Assembly (NCBI GenBank): GCA_963841735.1
Contig: CAWJDT010000004.1
Location: 320,001-384,000 of the forward strand
DNA: 64,000 nucleotides
Source: an uncultured Actinomycetes bacterium
GTDB taxonomy: Bacteria > Actinomycetota > Thermoleophilia > RBG-16-64-13
Direction of reading: 5' to 3'
Shown here: in pieces, positions 24,214-35,973 of the stretch
Layout: every line of letters starts with the position of its first letter
Position numbering within the stretch: the stretch's first letter is position 1
Position numbers and translations under genes: made by a program
The notes under the pieces: generated by a model
What the model was told of the DNA's origin: nothing
Database searches by the model: none
Seen by the model: only the letters and a program-made list of their open reading frames with translations

Positions 24214-25619
24214 AGACCGGTGCCGCCAACAGTCATCTCGCGCACGCGCAGGGTGGGCTGCCCGCTGCCCACCGGCACGCTCTGCCCTTCTTTGCCACAC
24301 ATGCCAGCCTTGATCTGCAGGTCATCGGCAATGGCGTCGATACCCAGCAGGACCTCCAAGCCATTGCCGATAAGGGTGGCTCCTCTCACTGGAGTGGTCA
24401 CTCTGCCCTTCTCAATAAGGTAGCCTTCGGCCACCGCGAACACGAAGTCCCCAGTTGCCGGATTCACCTCTCCACCAGAGAGTGACTTGGCATAGAGGCC
24501 ACGGGCCGTGTCGGCGATGATCTCGTCGGGGCTGAGTCTTCCGGGCCCGAAATAGGTGTTGGTCATACGCGGATAGGGCAGGCTCCGATAGTCCTGCCTG
24601 CGCCCATTGCCGGTGAGGGGCAGACCCAGAGCTTGGCTGCGCAGGCGATCACTCAGATAGCCCGTCAATATGCCTTCCTCAATGACCGTTGTGCGGCTGC
24701 AGGGCGTTCCCTCGTCGTCGCACCCCGCACTGCCCCACATACCCGCGCTGACCCCGTCGTCGTAGGCGGAGATATGCTCGCCCGCCACCCGCTGGCCGAT
24801 CTTGCCCTCCCACACGCTGCTCTTCTTCAGCACGTAGTCGGCCTCAAGCCCGTGTCCGCAGGCCTCGTGAAAGAGCACTCCGCCGAAACCGTTTCCTAGT
24901 ACCACCGGCATGCGGCCCGCCGGCGCCGGCGCCGACCCTAGAAGGACCAGCGCCCGTTCCCCCACATCCGCGGCAAGCCGCGCAACAGCCGCGTCATCGA
25001 GCAGCTCGAATCCTCCATGATGAGCCAAGGTATCGTGACCGATCTGAATGAGCCCGTCACGCTCCGCCATCACGGTGATGCCGAACATCACCCTGGTCCG
25101 CTCATCATGAGAAAGCAACCCGTGCGACCCGGCGACCCAAACCCTTTGCCTGCTCTCTCCGTAAACGACGACTACCTGCCGGATATCCTTGGAGAGCGCC
25201 CTGGCTGTGTCATCGGCTAGATGTAATAGACGGCCCTTTGCAGCCGCCTCCACCAAGGTAGGGTCCTGTTCCACGGTCCCGCCCCGCTCGCCGCGGCCAT
25301 CGCGCTGGACCGCCACCATCCGGCCGGTGTCGACCGGCGTGGCGCTGAGTACTAAAGCCAGCTGCTCGAGAGAGCTCTGGTCCGCCGAATCGACGTATCC
25401 AAAGACCGTCGATCCCCCACGCATGATGCGCACCGAGCCACCCAGGTCCGTTCCCGAGACGGCACTCTCAATCTTGCCATCCTCCAAACGCATGGACAAA
25501 GAACGTCGGTCCTCGATGAAAACGTCGGCCATCTCCCCGCCGCCCCGCAGTGCGCGCGAAAGAATCCCGGCCGCTGACTCCGGAGTGGGTCCCGGGTAGT
25601 CCAACGAGGATGGGCTCAA
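24210..25619 (-). CDS. tldD: metalloprotease TldD
   Basis: FHEACGHGLEAD zinc motif, DDEG, PRMTNT and CGKEGQSVPV. Confidence 0.93.
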   Translation of the reverse strand: MSPSSLDYPGPTPESAAGILSRALRGGGEMADVFIEDRRSLSMRLEDGKIESAVSGTDLGGSVRIMRGGSTVFGYVDSADQSSLEQLALVLSATPVDTGRMVAVQRDGRGERGGTVEQDPTLVEAAAKGRLLHLADDTARALSKDIRQVVVVYGESRQRVWVAGSHGLLSHDERTRVMFGITVMAERDGLIQIGHDTLAHHGGFELLDDAAVARLAADVGERALVLLGSAPAPAGRMPVVLGNGFGGVLFHEACGHGLEADYVLKKSSVWEGKIGQRVAGEHISAYDDGVSAGMWGSAGCDDEGTPCSRTTVIEEGILTGYLSDRLRSQALGLPLTGNGRRQDYRSLPYPRMTNTYFGPGRLSPDEIIADTARGLYAKSLSGGEVNPATGDFVFAVAEGYLIEKGRVTTPVRGATLIGNGLEVLLGIDAIADDLQIKAGMCGKEGQSVPVGSGQPTLRVREMTVGGTGL

Positions 25620-25635
25620 GAGAAGTGAGAGACCG

Positions 25636-25851
25636 TCAGGTACCGATAGGAACGGTCTTGAGTATCTCGTTGGCCAAGTTCATGAACGGAACCGCTTCGG
25701 CCGTCTCGCCCGGCATGGCCAACATCGAACCATCGTCGAAGTACATCTCCACTTGTGGCTGACGGCCACGCATGAACACAAAGTAGTAAGCTCCTGCCGC
25801 CAGGCTGCCCACTAGGGTGACTGCACCGAACAGCTTGAAAGCTGGCTTCAT
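25636..25851 (-). CDS. small membrane-anchored hypothetical protein
   Basis: 71 aa with N-terminal TM segment, GGAG RBS, immediately after the roadblock gene. Confidence 0.7.
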   Translation of the reverse strand: MKPAFKLFGAVTLVGSLAAGAYYFVFMRGRQPQVEMYFDDGSMLAMPGETAEAVPFMNLANEILKTVPIGT

Positions 25852-26250
25852 CTACTCCTCCTTGGCTGCTTGATCGGCAGCGAAGGCCGACGCGGCGGCC
25901 TCACGCGCATCCCTGATGCAGGTCTTCAAATCGTACAAGACAAGTCCGACCCGGCTGCCCTTCTTGCCGGTGGCGAGAAGGCCCATCGCCTCCGCTCCGC
26001 TCTCGCGGGCCAAGAAGACATAGCCACTCCCGGTCTCGACCACAAGCTGCGTGAACGCTTGCGAGCCCATTTCCCCAGCCCGCACCTCTGCCAGTCTCGC
26101 CAGTTCTCTGGCCTGAGCCAATGCCGTCGCTTGCGCTTCCTCTGGCATGTTGGAGGCCAGAACCCCGTCCGCATCGAACAATACCGCCTTGTCGATGTCG
26201 CTGGAGATGTCCATCATCTCCTCAAACGCCAGCGTTACCTCTTGCTTCAT
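25852..26250 (-). CDS. Roadblock/LC7 (MglB-like) domain protein
   Basis: Size and pattern (DIDKAVLFDADGVLASN..QLVVETGSGYVFLAR..GLVLYDLK) fit the roadblock fold. Confidence 0.72.
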   Translation of the reverse strand: MKQEVTLAFEEMMDISSDIDKAVLFDADGVLASNMPEEAQATALAQARELARLAEVRAGEMGSQAFTQLVVETGSGYVFLARESGAEAMGLLATGKKGSRVGLVLYDLKTCIRDAREAAASAFAADQAAKEE

Positions 26251-26335
26251 TTGCATCTCCTCTCCTGGCGACCGCCACACCCCCGTGGGACCGTGCGACC
26301 CAGTGTACCATCCGAGCCGCGCCCGCCGAAAAGGC

Positions 26336-26386
26336 CGGGGCCACCGCCCCGCGGCGCCTTGTCGGCGCCGAGGGGCGGTGGCCCCG
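26336..26386 (-). terminator. long GC-rich hairpin, terminator of groESL
   Basis: CGGGGCCACCGCCCC..GGGGCGGTGGCCCCG inverted repeat followed by TTTT on the minus strand. Confidence 0.7.
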
Positions 26387-26432
26387 AAACCGGTCTGAGA
26401 CGAAATGCCTCAGCCGGTCGGAACTGCCTTGA

Positions 26433-28082
<1,650 letters not shown>

Positions 28083-28131
28083 CTAATGGGGACAGAAGCC
28101 ATGGTCGTGACTACGACCAGAACCTCGAAAG

Positions 28132-28425
28132 CTATCCGTTGGGCAGCACGCCGATGATGTCGCTGGCACGCAGAACCAGGTATTCGTCACCATCTAGCTT
28201 GACCTCGACGCCCCCGTACTTCGCGAAGACGATGATGTCGCCCTCTTTGACCGGCATAGGCAGAAGCTTGCCGCTGTCGTCATACCTGCCAGGACCGACA
28301 GCCATAACCGTAGCCTTTGAAGGCTTCTCCTTCGCGGTGTCCGGAAGGACGATACCGCTGCTGGTCTTCTCTTCTTGCTCCAGGACCTTGACAACGACCC
28401 TGTCCTCGAGTGGCTTTAGTTTCAT
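28132..28425 (-). CDS. groS: co-chaperonin GroES
   Basis: MKLKPLEDRVVV..SGIVLPDTAKEKP..KYGG. GGAGG RBS. Confidence 0.98.
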   Translation of the reverse strand: MKLKPLEDRVVVKVLEQEEKTSSGIVLPDTAKEKPSKATVMAVGPGRYDDSGKLLPMPVKEGDIIVFAKYGGVEVKLDGDEYLVLRASDIIGVLPNG

Positions 28426-28502
28426 GCACAACCCTCCTATCGATTGTTTGGTACTCCGTTTGCTCATCGCCTCGAACAGGCTACTGAAACCGAATCTCGT
28501 AA

Positions 28503-28529
28503 TTGGCACTCTCCACGTCCGAGTGCCAA
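28503..28529. promoter_or_regulatory. CIRCE element (HrcA operator)
   Basis: TTGGCACTC-N9-GAGTGCCAA upstream of groES (consensus TTAGCACTC-N9-GAGTGCTAA). Confidence 0.92.
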
Positions 28530-28538
28530 CCGGTGCCT

Positions 28539-28567
28539 ATATTATGCTCAGGCCGGGCATTTGTCAA
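28539..28567 (-). promoter_or_regulatory. sigma70-type promoter of groESL
   Basis: TTGACA-N17-TAATAT directly upstream of CIRCE. Confidence 0.8.
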
Positions 28568-28569
28568 AC

Positions 28570-30123
28570 CTAGGGAAGCAGGCGCCCCAAGGGCATAGAG
28601 GCGGCCGCATCGATCCCCAGATAGTCTGGGTACTCGATACGGAGCCCGGACAAAGCCGCGGCACCGATCATGGCTGCATTGTCGGTGCAATACGAGATAG
28701 CTGGGACCACCACGTGGAAACCAGCGTTCTGCCCCTGCTCCGCTAACTGGCGCCGCAAAAGGGAATTGGCGGCGACCCCGCCCACGACCGCGATGGTCTT
28801 GACCCTCTCGTGCTCGGCAGTGCGCACCGTCTTCGCCACCAACGCGCCCACAACAGCCCGCCGGTATGAGGCCGCTATGTCGGCCGCCCTCTCCTCCCGC
28901 TGCTGCGGAGTCATGCCTCGCAGTTGGTAGTACAGGGCGGTCTTGACACCCGAGAACGAGAAGTCCGGACGCACTGAACGCCGCAGGCCGAAGGGAAACG
29001 AGAACGCGTCAGGATCGCCCGTTTCGGCCAGTTGGTCCAACTCCCTGCCCCCCGGGTAGCCAAGGCCCAGCAATCTGGCTCCCTTGTCGAACGCCTCCCC
29101 GGCGGCATCGTCGAGGGTCTGCCCCAGCAGGCTGAAGGTGCTGTGGCCGTCCACCCGCACCAGCATGGTATGCCCCCCGGAAGCCACCAAGGTGACCATG
29201 GGCAGTGGCGCCGACGGATCGCTCAGCCAGGCCGCGGCCAAGTGTCCGTGCAGATGATTCACAGGGTAGAACGGCAGCTTACGGCTCCAGGCGATAGCCT
29301 TGGCCGTCTGCACACCGACCAGCAAAGCCCCTATGAGCCCGGGGCCTACCGTAACAGCCACACCCCCCAGGTCCGCCACTCCACAACCCGCCTGCCGCAG
29401 TGCTTCGCGCACCACCGCCGTCATCCGCTCCACGTGGGCGCGGCTGGCAACCTCGGGGACCACCCCCCCATAGCGCTCGTGGATGGCATCTTGGGAGTGC
29501 GACACGGAGGCTAACACCTCGCCCGAAGGCGTGAGCACAGCTGCCGCCGAATCGTCGCACGAGGACTCTATGGCAAGAAGCGGTCCCGCCGCGCCGCCGC
29601 CACCCGGCACAGTCGCACCATCACACGGTCCCGCCGCGCTGTCAGGAACGCCGGCCCCGCGCATCATCACCAACGCATCCTCTCCCGTGTCCGGGTAGTA
29701 CCGCCGGCGCACTCCTGCTGTGACAAACCCCAGGCTCCCGTAGAGGGCCACAGCCCCTTCGTTCCCACCGCGCACTTCCAGCAGTACCCCCCGCCCCGCC
29801 AAGCAGGCCGCGGCTACAAACTCAGACACCAGTGCCCTTGCGATCCCCTGCCGCCTCATCGCAGGCGCTACGGCCACATCCATCACATGCCACACGTCGG
29901 GGTAGCGGCGACCCAGAAGAAAGCCCACCACCCTGTCCCCGGCCTCTGCCGCCACGGCGACCGTGCTGCGCGCGGCTTCCTGCTCCAGCTCGTCGCCGAT
30001 CATGGTCGGGCTCCAAGGCAGAGTGAACGAGTCCTTCTCGATCGCCAGTACCGCCGGCAGATCGGCAGCCATCATCTCCCGTATGGCCGGTGCAGTCGCC
30101 ACCTTATGCTCCGCCCGGGCCAT
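28570..30123 (-). CDS. tsaD: fused RimI-like N-acetyltransferase / t6A threonylcarbamoyltransferase TsaD
   Basis: N-terminal GNAT (LEVR..N..AVALY..GF..RRRYY..EDA) in frame with LAIESSCDD, HLHGH, SGGHT, GEAFDK and CTDNAAMI. Confidence 0.94.
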   Translation of the reverse strand: MARAEHKVATAPAIREMMAADLPAVLAIEKDSFTLPWSPTMIGDELEQEAARSTVAVAAEAGDRVVGFLLGRRYPDVWHVMDVAVAPAMRRQGIARALVSEFVAAACLAGRGVLLEVRGGNEGAVALYGSLGFVTAGVRRRYYPDTGEDALVMMRGAGVPDSAAGPCDGATVPGGGGAAGPLLAIESSCDDSAAAVLTPSGEVLASVSHSQDAIHERYGGVVPEVASRAHVERMTAVVREALRQAGCGVADLGGVAVTVGPGLIGALLVGVQTAKAIAWSRKLPFYPVNHLHGHLAAAWLSDPSAPLPMVTLVASGGHTMLVRVDGHSTFSLLGQTLDDAAGEAFDKGARLLGLGYPGGRELDQLAETGDPDAFSFPFGLRRSVRPDFSFSGVKTALYYQLRGMTPQQREERAADIAASYRRAVVGALVAKTVRTAEHERVKTIAVVGGVAANSLLRRQLAEQGQNAGFHVVVPAISYCTDNAAMIGAAALSGLRIEYPDYLGIDAAASMPLGRLLP

Positions 30124-31009
30124 CGCCCCAGGGATCCTTCATCTTGGTTATGTGGATGTCGGCGTCGGGAGAACGCACGTACATGGGCTTCACTGACTCC
30201 GGAGTACCCACCTCTCCTGCTTGGTCGGGGGACCACAAGCCCGAGCCCAGGGTCTTCACAAGCCCAGGCGTCATCTCCCGCCCGGCCAGCGCCAGCCTCA
30301 GCCAAGGCCCGATCCGTCTCCCCTGCGGAAGCACCCCCGGTTCCACCAGCCTATCCTGGCCCGCGACCAAGTGCTCCGCCGTCAATTCCAGGGTGAGTAC
30401 GGCCGCCCCCGACGCCGCTCCCTGGGCCAGATCCACGTCCTCGGCCACGACCAGCGTGCGGCAAGCGAGCCCCGCCCCCAGCACCTCCGAGAGAGACGCC
30501 CGGTCGCACACGCCCACCTCCCCCGACCGTGCCCAAGTAGCTGCCGCGCCCTCCGGACCACGCACCCGCTCGTACAGGGCAAAGAACAACTGACCCCGCC
30601 TCGCATCGACTGCCGGCACCAAAAGATCCCTGGCACCCGCGACCGCGCTTCCCGCCGCCGCCAAGGCGCCCAGCGTGCTCACACCAAGAACGGGTATGGT
30701 CAGGGCAAGACCCAGCGCCCGGCCCGTCGCCACAGCGATGCGCACCCCCGTAAAGGTGCCCGGCCCGATACCCACCACCACGGCGCCCAGGTTACCTGGG
30801 CCGGCGGTGACCTCCTCCAACATCTCGTCCACAAGGCGCATCAGCACCTTGGCCTGACCTCGCCCGTCGGTCTCTGCTCGACGCGCAACGACCTGCCAGT
30901 CGCCCTCGCATCCGCCGGCAGTATTCCCCTCTCCAGCGCCCGCCCGCAGAAGAGCAGCACTGCAGACCTGCGTGGATCCGTCGAGGGCAAGTACGAAGCG
31001 GTCAGTCAT
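30104..31009 (-). CDS. tsaB: tRNA threonylcarbamoyladenosine biosynthesis protein TsaB
   Basis: LALDGST, GPGTFTGVRI, DARRGQ and PMYVRS. Confidence 0.92.
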   Translation of the reverse strand: MTDRFVLALDGSTQVCSAALLRAGAGEGNTAGGCEGDWQVVARRAETDGRGQAKVLMRLVDEMLEEVTAGPGNLGAVVVGIGPGTFTGVRIAVATGRALGLALTIPVLGVSTLGALAAAGSAVAGARDLLVPAVDARRGQLFFALYERVRGPEGAAATWARSGEVGVCDRASLSEVLGAGLACRTLVVAEDVDLAQGAASGAAVLTLELTAEHLVAGQDRLVEPGVLPQGRRIGPWLRLALAGREMTPGLVKTLGSGLWSPDQAGEVGTPESVKPMYVRSPDADIHITKMKDPWGDGPGGA

Positions 31010-31484
31010 CTTGGCCTGCCTCTTCCCAGCGTTGCCGGGCGGACCCAGTCACCGCCTCCAACAGCAGGGTGCGGGTGTGCAGCGACTCGTGGCCGATGGT
31101 CACCGTCCAAGACGCCGTCCCCAGCCGGGCGGCGCCCGCTTCGGGCCACTCCACCAGCGTGACGGCGTCTTCACTCACGTACTCCTCCAGAGCCAGGGCG
31201 TCGTCGTCGCCGATCTCCTCCAGGCGGTAGAGATCGAGGTGCTGCACGCGCACCCGTCCTGAGTAGATGTTCGCGATGGTAAACGACGGGCTCCGCACGG
31301 GGTCGGTCACTTCCAGAGCCACGGCCACGGCTCGCACCAGGGTGGTCTTACCGGCCCCCAAGGGCCCGTACAGCAGCACCAGGTCCCCCGGGCGGAGCGC
31401 GCGGGCCAACCGCCGCCCGATGCGTTCCATACCGTCCAGCGTAACTCCCCGGCTGCTCACCAACAGGCGGTCGTCATCTACCAC
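31002..31484 (-). CDS. tsaE: t6A biosynthesis ATPase TsaE
   Basis: GPLGAGKTT, VRSPSF, HLDLYRL and LVEW. Confidence 0.95.
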   Translation of the reverse strand: MVDDDRLLVSSRGVTLDGMERIGRRLARALRPGDLVLLYGPLGAGKTTLVRAVAVALEVTDPVRSPSFTIANIYSGRVRVQHLDLYRLEEIGDDDALALEEYVSEDAVTLVEWPEAGAARLGTASWTVTIGHESLHTRTLLLEAVTGSARQRWEEAGQDD

Positions 31485-32264
31485 AGATGCAGCTGCTCTA
31501 TCTGTTCGGGCGCGGGATTCGCCGGACCCGGGGCGGCGGACTTTCCGTCAGGCTCCGAAGCGCGATCATGCCCGCCAACCCCAGGTGCGGATTCGCACTC
31601 CTGGAACGCTCCGGTCTCCACGTCGGCACCTCTCCCCGCCGCCACTCCAGCAACAACCTGCGGTCCCCGAGACAGAAGCACTTTGAGCCTGCCAAAGTCC
31701 TCCTCGAGAACCTTCTTATTCGTCGGCGCGTAGAGAGCGGCGGCGGGATGGAACACCGGGAATATCAGGGTCTGCACGCCCGCGAGCGTCCGCTCTTTTG
31801 CTTTGCCGTGCACCGCCGTCATGCTCAGCTCCGTTTCGCCAAGGAGCTTCGTGGCAAAGCGGCCCAGCGTGCAGATGATCTTGGGCCGGATGATGGCGAT
31901 CTGCTCAAGCAGATGCGGACTGCAGGCCTCAATCTCGTCGGGAGCCGGATCCCGGTTATCCGGGGGTCTGCACTTCACCACATTGGCGATGTATACGTCG
32001 GCCCTGGTCAGACCGATGCCGGCCAGCAGCTCGGTCAAGAGCCGCCCGGCCCTGACCCACGAAAGGCTCGCCCTGTTTGTCCTCATGAAATCCAGGGGCC
32101 TCACCCACAAACATCAGTTCCGTCTCCGGGCTACCCACCCCAAAGACCACTTGGGTCCGCCCCCCGCACAGCCCACAGTCTGAGCACTCGCGGAGCGATT
32201 CGCCCAGAGCAGCCAGTGCCTCCGCGGCGGTTGCGGTCCCTGCTGATGTCACCTCGGGATTCAT
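31478..32264 (-). CDS. uracil-DNA glycosylase family 4 (Fe-S), one apparent frameshift near 32050
   Basis: CxxC, GEAPG..ED..G.PFVG in one frame; NVVKCRPP.NRDP and FHPAAAL in the next. Removing one G restores GQAGRLL. Confidence 0.88.
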
Positions 32265-32497
32265 GCCCACAGGGTAGCAGAAGACCCGCTCAGCGGGTTT
32301 GCCGGCCGTTGCCGACGCACACGCGGGCTGTTATCCTACCGACGCGCCGCGTGGTGGATCTCTGACTCCTGCCAGCGCCCAGAACGCCTACCCGACGGAG
32401 GCAAAGCCTGGGCCCCCGGATTGTCCCCCCATCGGCTCAGAGATAACTCCGGCCACGTCTGGTATCTGCGGGCAGAACTGGAACAGGCAGGTATTTC

Positions 32498-33438
32498 ATC
32501 GATACTGGAAGCACAGGCCTCCGCTTCGCGGTGATCGGCGCGGGACGCGTCGGCGCCAGTCATGGCGCTCGCCCTCCAAGCCCGGGGGGCCAGTCTCGTC
32601 GGATTCACCGTCCACTCCCCGGCCGGCGGCGCTCGCGCCCTGGCCTGGCTCGGCACACCGGCTTCGTCGCAAATCGCCGATATCGTCGCCCTCTGCGCCT
32701 GAGGTCTACTTCCTTACCGTTCCCGACCAGGCGCTGCCCGAAGTAGCTGAAGAACTCGGCAGCTGCTTGACGGCTCCTGCCGTGGTAGCCCACACCAGCG
32801 GAGCCACCTCGGTGGATGTGCTGCGTCCCTGCGCCGAGGCCGGGGCCGCCACGCTGGTCTTCCACCCCCTGCAGACCTTCAGCGACCCCTTGAGCGGCTG
32901 CAAGCGATTCGCCGGCGCCGCGGTGGCCATAACCCCTTCTTCGCCTGATGAGCGGCGTACCGCCGAAGAATTCGGCTTCGCCCTGGCCCGCGCTACTTGG
33001 CGCTGACCCCTTCCTGCTCCCCGACGACCGCGCACCCTCTACCACTCGGCGGCCACACTGGCCTGCAACTACCTGGTTACGCTCGAGCACCACGCCCAAC
33101 GCCTCTTCACACTGGCCGGCCTCCCCGCCGATGAGGCGCTCTCCCTGTTCCTCCCCCTGGTCAAGTCCACCCTCTGCAACGTGGAGACCCAGGGCACGGT
33201 CGCCGCCCTCACCGGACCACTCAGCCGCGGAGACGCGCCCACTATCGCCGGTCATCTCGCGGCCCTGGCGGCAGACGCCCCGGACGTGCTTCCTCTATAC
33301 AGGGCGCTGGGCATCGCGACGCTTGACCTGGTCAAGGCCAGGGGAGAACTAGAACCGGCAGCGCTCGACCGACTCAGGCTCCTGCTTGAACACCCCCCCG
33401 CCGCGACCCAGCCGCCTGAGGCAAATCCCGCCCTCTAA
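32498..33438 (+). CDS. Rossmann-like + DUF2520 oxidoreductase (PanG-like), at least four apparent frameshifts
   Basis: IGAGRVG, LTVPD, HTSGA, FHPLQTF, YHSAA..ACNYLV and LTGPLSRGD spread across frames. Start uncertain. Confidence 0.82.
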
Positions 33439-33540
33439 TCCCGAAACGAGTCTCAAGGACTATGATTGCCCGCAGCGACTACGACCCACACCGACCGAGC
33501 CAAGCGGCCCGCCTGGGCCCGCGATAGAGAGGATCGCAGC

Positions 33541-34005
33541 ATGACGTCAGCATCTCGGACCACCGGCATCGCCACCGTGGTGACCGACCGTATACACTTC
33601 GACAGCAAGGGCAACGCCGACATGGTCAACCTCACCGCCGACGTGCGCCGTATCGTCACCGAGTCGGGACTCGCCGCCGGGGCCGTGACCGTCTTCTTCC
33701 CAGGAGCTACGGGAGCGGTCACCACGCTCGAGTTCGAGCCGGGAGTAGTGCAAGACTTTGCCAATCTCTTCGATCGGATAATCTCGCCGCAAGAACATTA
33801 CGAGCACAACGTCACTCACCCGGACGTAAACGGCCATGCCCACGTGCGGGCCGGCCTGCTGGGGCCCTCGCTGGTCTTCCCCGTCGAGAACGGCGAGCTG
33901 TGCCTGGGCAAGTGGCAGGAGATCTGTTTCGTCTGCTTCGACAACCGTCCCCGAGAACGCACCGTCATCGTCCAGATAACCGGCGTTGCCAAACAGGACT
34001 CCTAA
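33541..34005 (+). CDS. YjbQ / UPF0047 family protein
   Basis: TTLEFEPG, NGHAHVRA, LGKWQEI and FDNRPRER. Confidence 0.9.
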   Translation: MTSASRTTGIATVVTDRIHFDSKGNADMVNLTADVRRIVTESGLAAGAVTVFFPGATGAVTTLEFEPGVVQDFANLFDRIISPQEHYEHNVTHPDVNGHAHVRAGLLGPSLVFPVENGELCLGKWQEICFVCFDNRPRERTVIVQITGVAKQDS

Positions 34006-34038
34006 GAAGGTCCGCTATCTCCCCAGGAGGACGTCCTC

Positions 34039-35327
34039 ATGAAACCGGTAATTCAGCTGGCCCTTGACTTCGTCGATCTTCCCCGCGCCATCCAGGTAGC
34101 CGAGGAAGCGGTCGCCGGCGGCGCCGACTGGCTGGAAGCCGGCACTCCCCTGATCAAGAGCGAGGGGCTCGAAGCCATCAGGGCACTCCGCGCCCACTGG
34201 CCCGATCGGGTCATCGTGGCCGACATGAAGACCATGGACGCCGGACGCGCCGAGGTGGAGTGCGCAGCCAAGGCGGGCGCTCGGGTGGTCGGCGTGCTGG
34301 GCGCGGCTTCCGACGCCACCATCAAGGAGTGCATCGAGGCGGCCCGCAACTACGGCGCCGAGATCGTGGTGGACATGATCCAGGTGGCCGACGTGGTCGC
34401 TCGCGCCAAGGAAGTCGAGGCGATGGGCGCCAACTACGTGGGCATCCACCTGGCCATCGACGAGCAGATGCAGGGCAAGACCCCGTGGGACACGCTGCGA
34501 GCGGTAGCCAAGGCCGTGTCCATACCCATCGCGGTGGCGGGCGGCATCAACTCCGAGACGGCCCCTCTGGCCTTGGAGGCTGGAGCCTCCATCGTCGTGG
34601 TGGGAGGCGCCATCACCAAGGCGGTCGACGCCACTGCCGCCACCCAGGCCGTGAAGCAGGCCATGGAGACCGGCGTCGCCGTCAAGTCGGAGTTCTTCGT
34701 GCGCGCCACCGGCCCCGACATCCGCGAGATGCTCACCCGGGTCTCCGCCGCCAACGTCTCCGACGCCCTGCATCGCAGCGGCGACATCCCCGGCATGCGT
34801 CCCCTGGCCCCCGGGACCAAGATGGTAGGTCCGGCCCTGACGGTGCGCACCGGGCCCGGGCGACTGGGCCAAGCCGGTGGAGGCCATCGACAAGGCTCAG
34901 CCCGGCGACGTGCTGGTGATCGACGTGGGCAACGTCCTCCCGGCCGTCTGGGGCGAGCTGGCCACCAACTCCGCCATCCAGAGAGGTCTGGCCGGCGTGG
35001 TCATCTACGGAGCCGCCCGCGACACCGGCGACATCCGCGCCCTCGGCTTCCCGCTGTTCTGCACGCTCATCACCCCCACCGCCGGTGAGGCCAAGGGCTT
35101 CGGCGAGATCGGACGTGCCCATCCGCATCGCCGGCGTCAACATCTCGCCCGGCGACTGGATCATCGGCGACGACGACGGCGTGTGCGTCATCCCCAAAGA
35201 GAAGGCCGTGGAGTACACCAACCGGGCCATGGACGTGCTCGAGAAGGAGAACCGTCTGCGGGCCGAGATCCAGGCCGGCAGCACGCTCAGCCAGGTGGGC
35301 TACCTGTCGCGCTGGGAGAAGAAGTAA
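34039..35327 (+). CDS. hxlA: 3-hexulose-6-phosphate synthase fused to RraA/HMG-aldolase-like domain; apparent frameshifts near 34850 and 35110
   Basis: QLALD, EAGTPLIK, ADMKTMDAG, AVAGGI and VVGGAIT (HPS), then NVSDAL, GDWAKPVEAID, AVWGELA, GAARD and PGDWIIGDDDGV (RraA-like). Confidence 0.88.
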
Positions 35328-35374
35328 GGCGAGGCTAGACTCCGAGACCGCGCCGACGCTCGGCCGGGGCATTC

Positions 35375-35950
35375 ATGTCGCTCTTTCGCTGGACCGCTCC
35401 ACTGTTCAAACTGCGCTTCCCGGCGCTGGTCGGAGGATGACTTGCGCACCACTCGCCGAATGGCTTCGCCCCTACGTGGCCACCGGCGGCATCTTCGCCG
35501 ACCTGGGTGGCGGCACCGGAGATCTCGGGGCCGGCTTGGCGCGCGAGCTTGCGGCCCGGGTGATCATCGTCGACCTGTACCCCTCAGATGCTCCGCCGAG
35601 TCGACGCAGATCCCTTGGTCTCGGTGCGCCTGGCGTCGGCTGACGCGCTGCCCTTCGCGGACGCATGCTTCGACGCCGTGCTCTGCTGTGACTGCTTTCA
35701 TCACTTCCGCGACCAGGACGCTGCCGCCCGCGAGATAGCCCGGGTGGTCAGGCCGGGTGGCGGCGTGGTCATCATGGACATGGAAGGCGTGAAGAACCTG
35801 GTGCGACTCGAGCGTCTCCTGGGTGAACCGGGCGCGTTCATGACGGCGACCGCCATGGAGAGTTTCATGAGCGTCCGTGGCATCACGGGCACCGCGACCC
35901 GGCAGGGGACCGGCAGCGGCTACGTGTTCGTGGGGTCGGTGACCGACTGA
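35375..35950 (+). CDS. class I SAM-dependent methyltransferase, apparent frameshifts
   Basis: DLGGGTG, ADALPFADACFD, FHHF and EIARVVRPGG across frames. Confidence 0.8.
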
Positions 35951-35973
35951 GGTAACGCCGGCCCTGCCCACTC

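Noticed and set aside
32040-35600. Programmed frameshifting or a pseudogene cluster
   Set aside because: There are several indels per gene, no shared slippery motif and intact catalytic residues. Sequencing error is more parsimonious.
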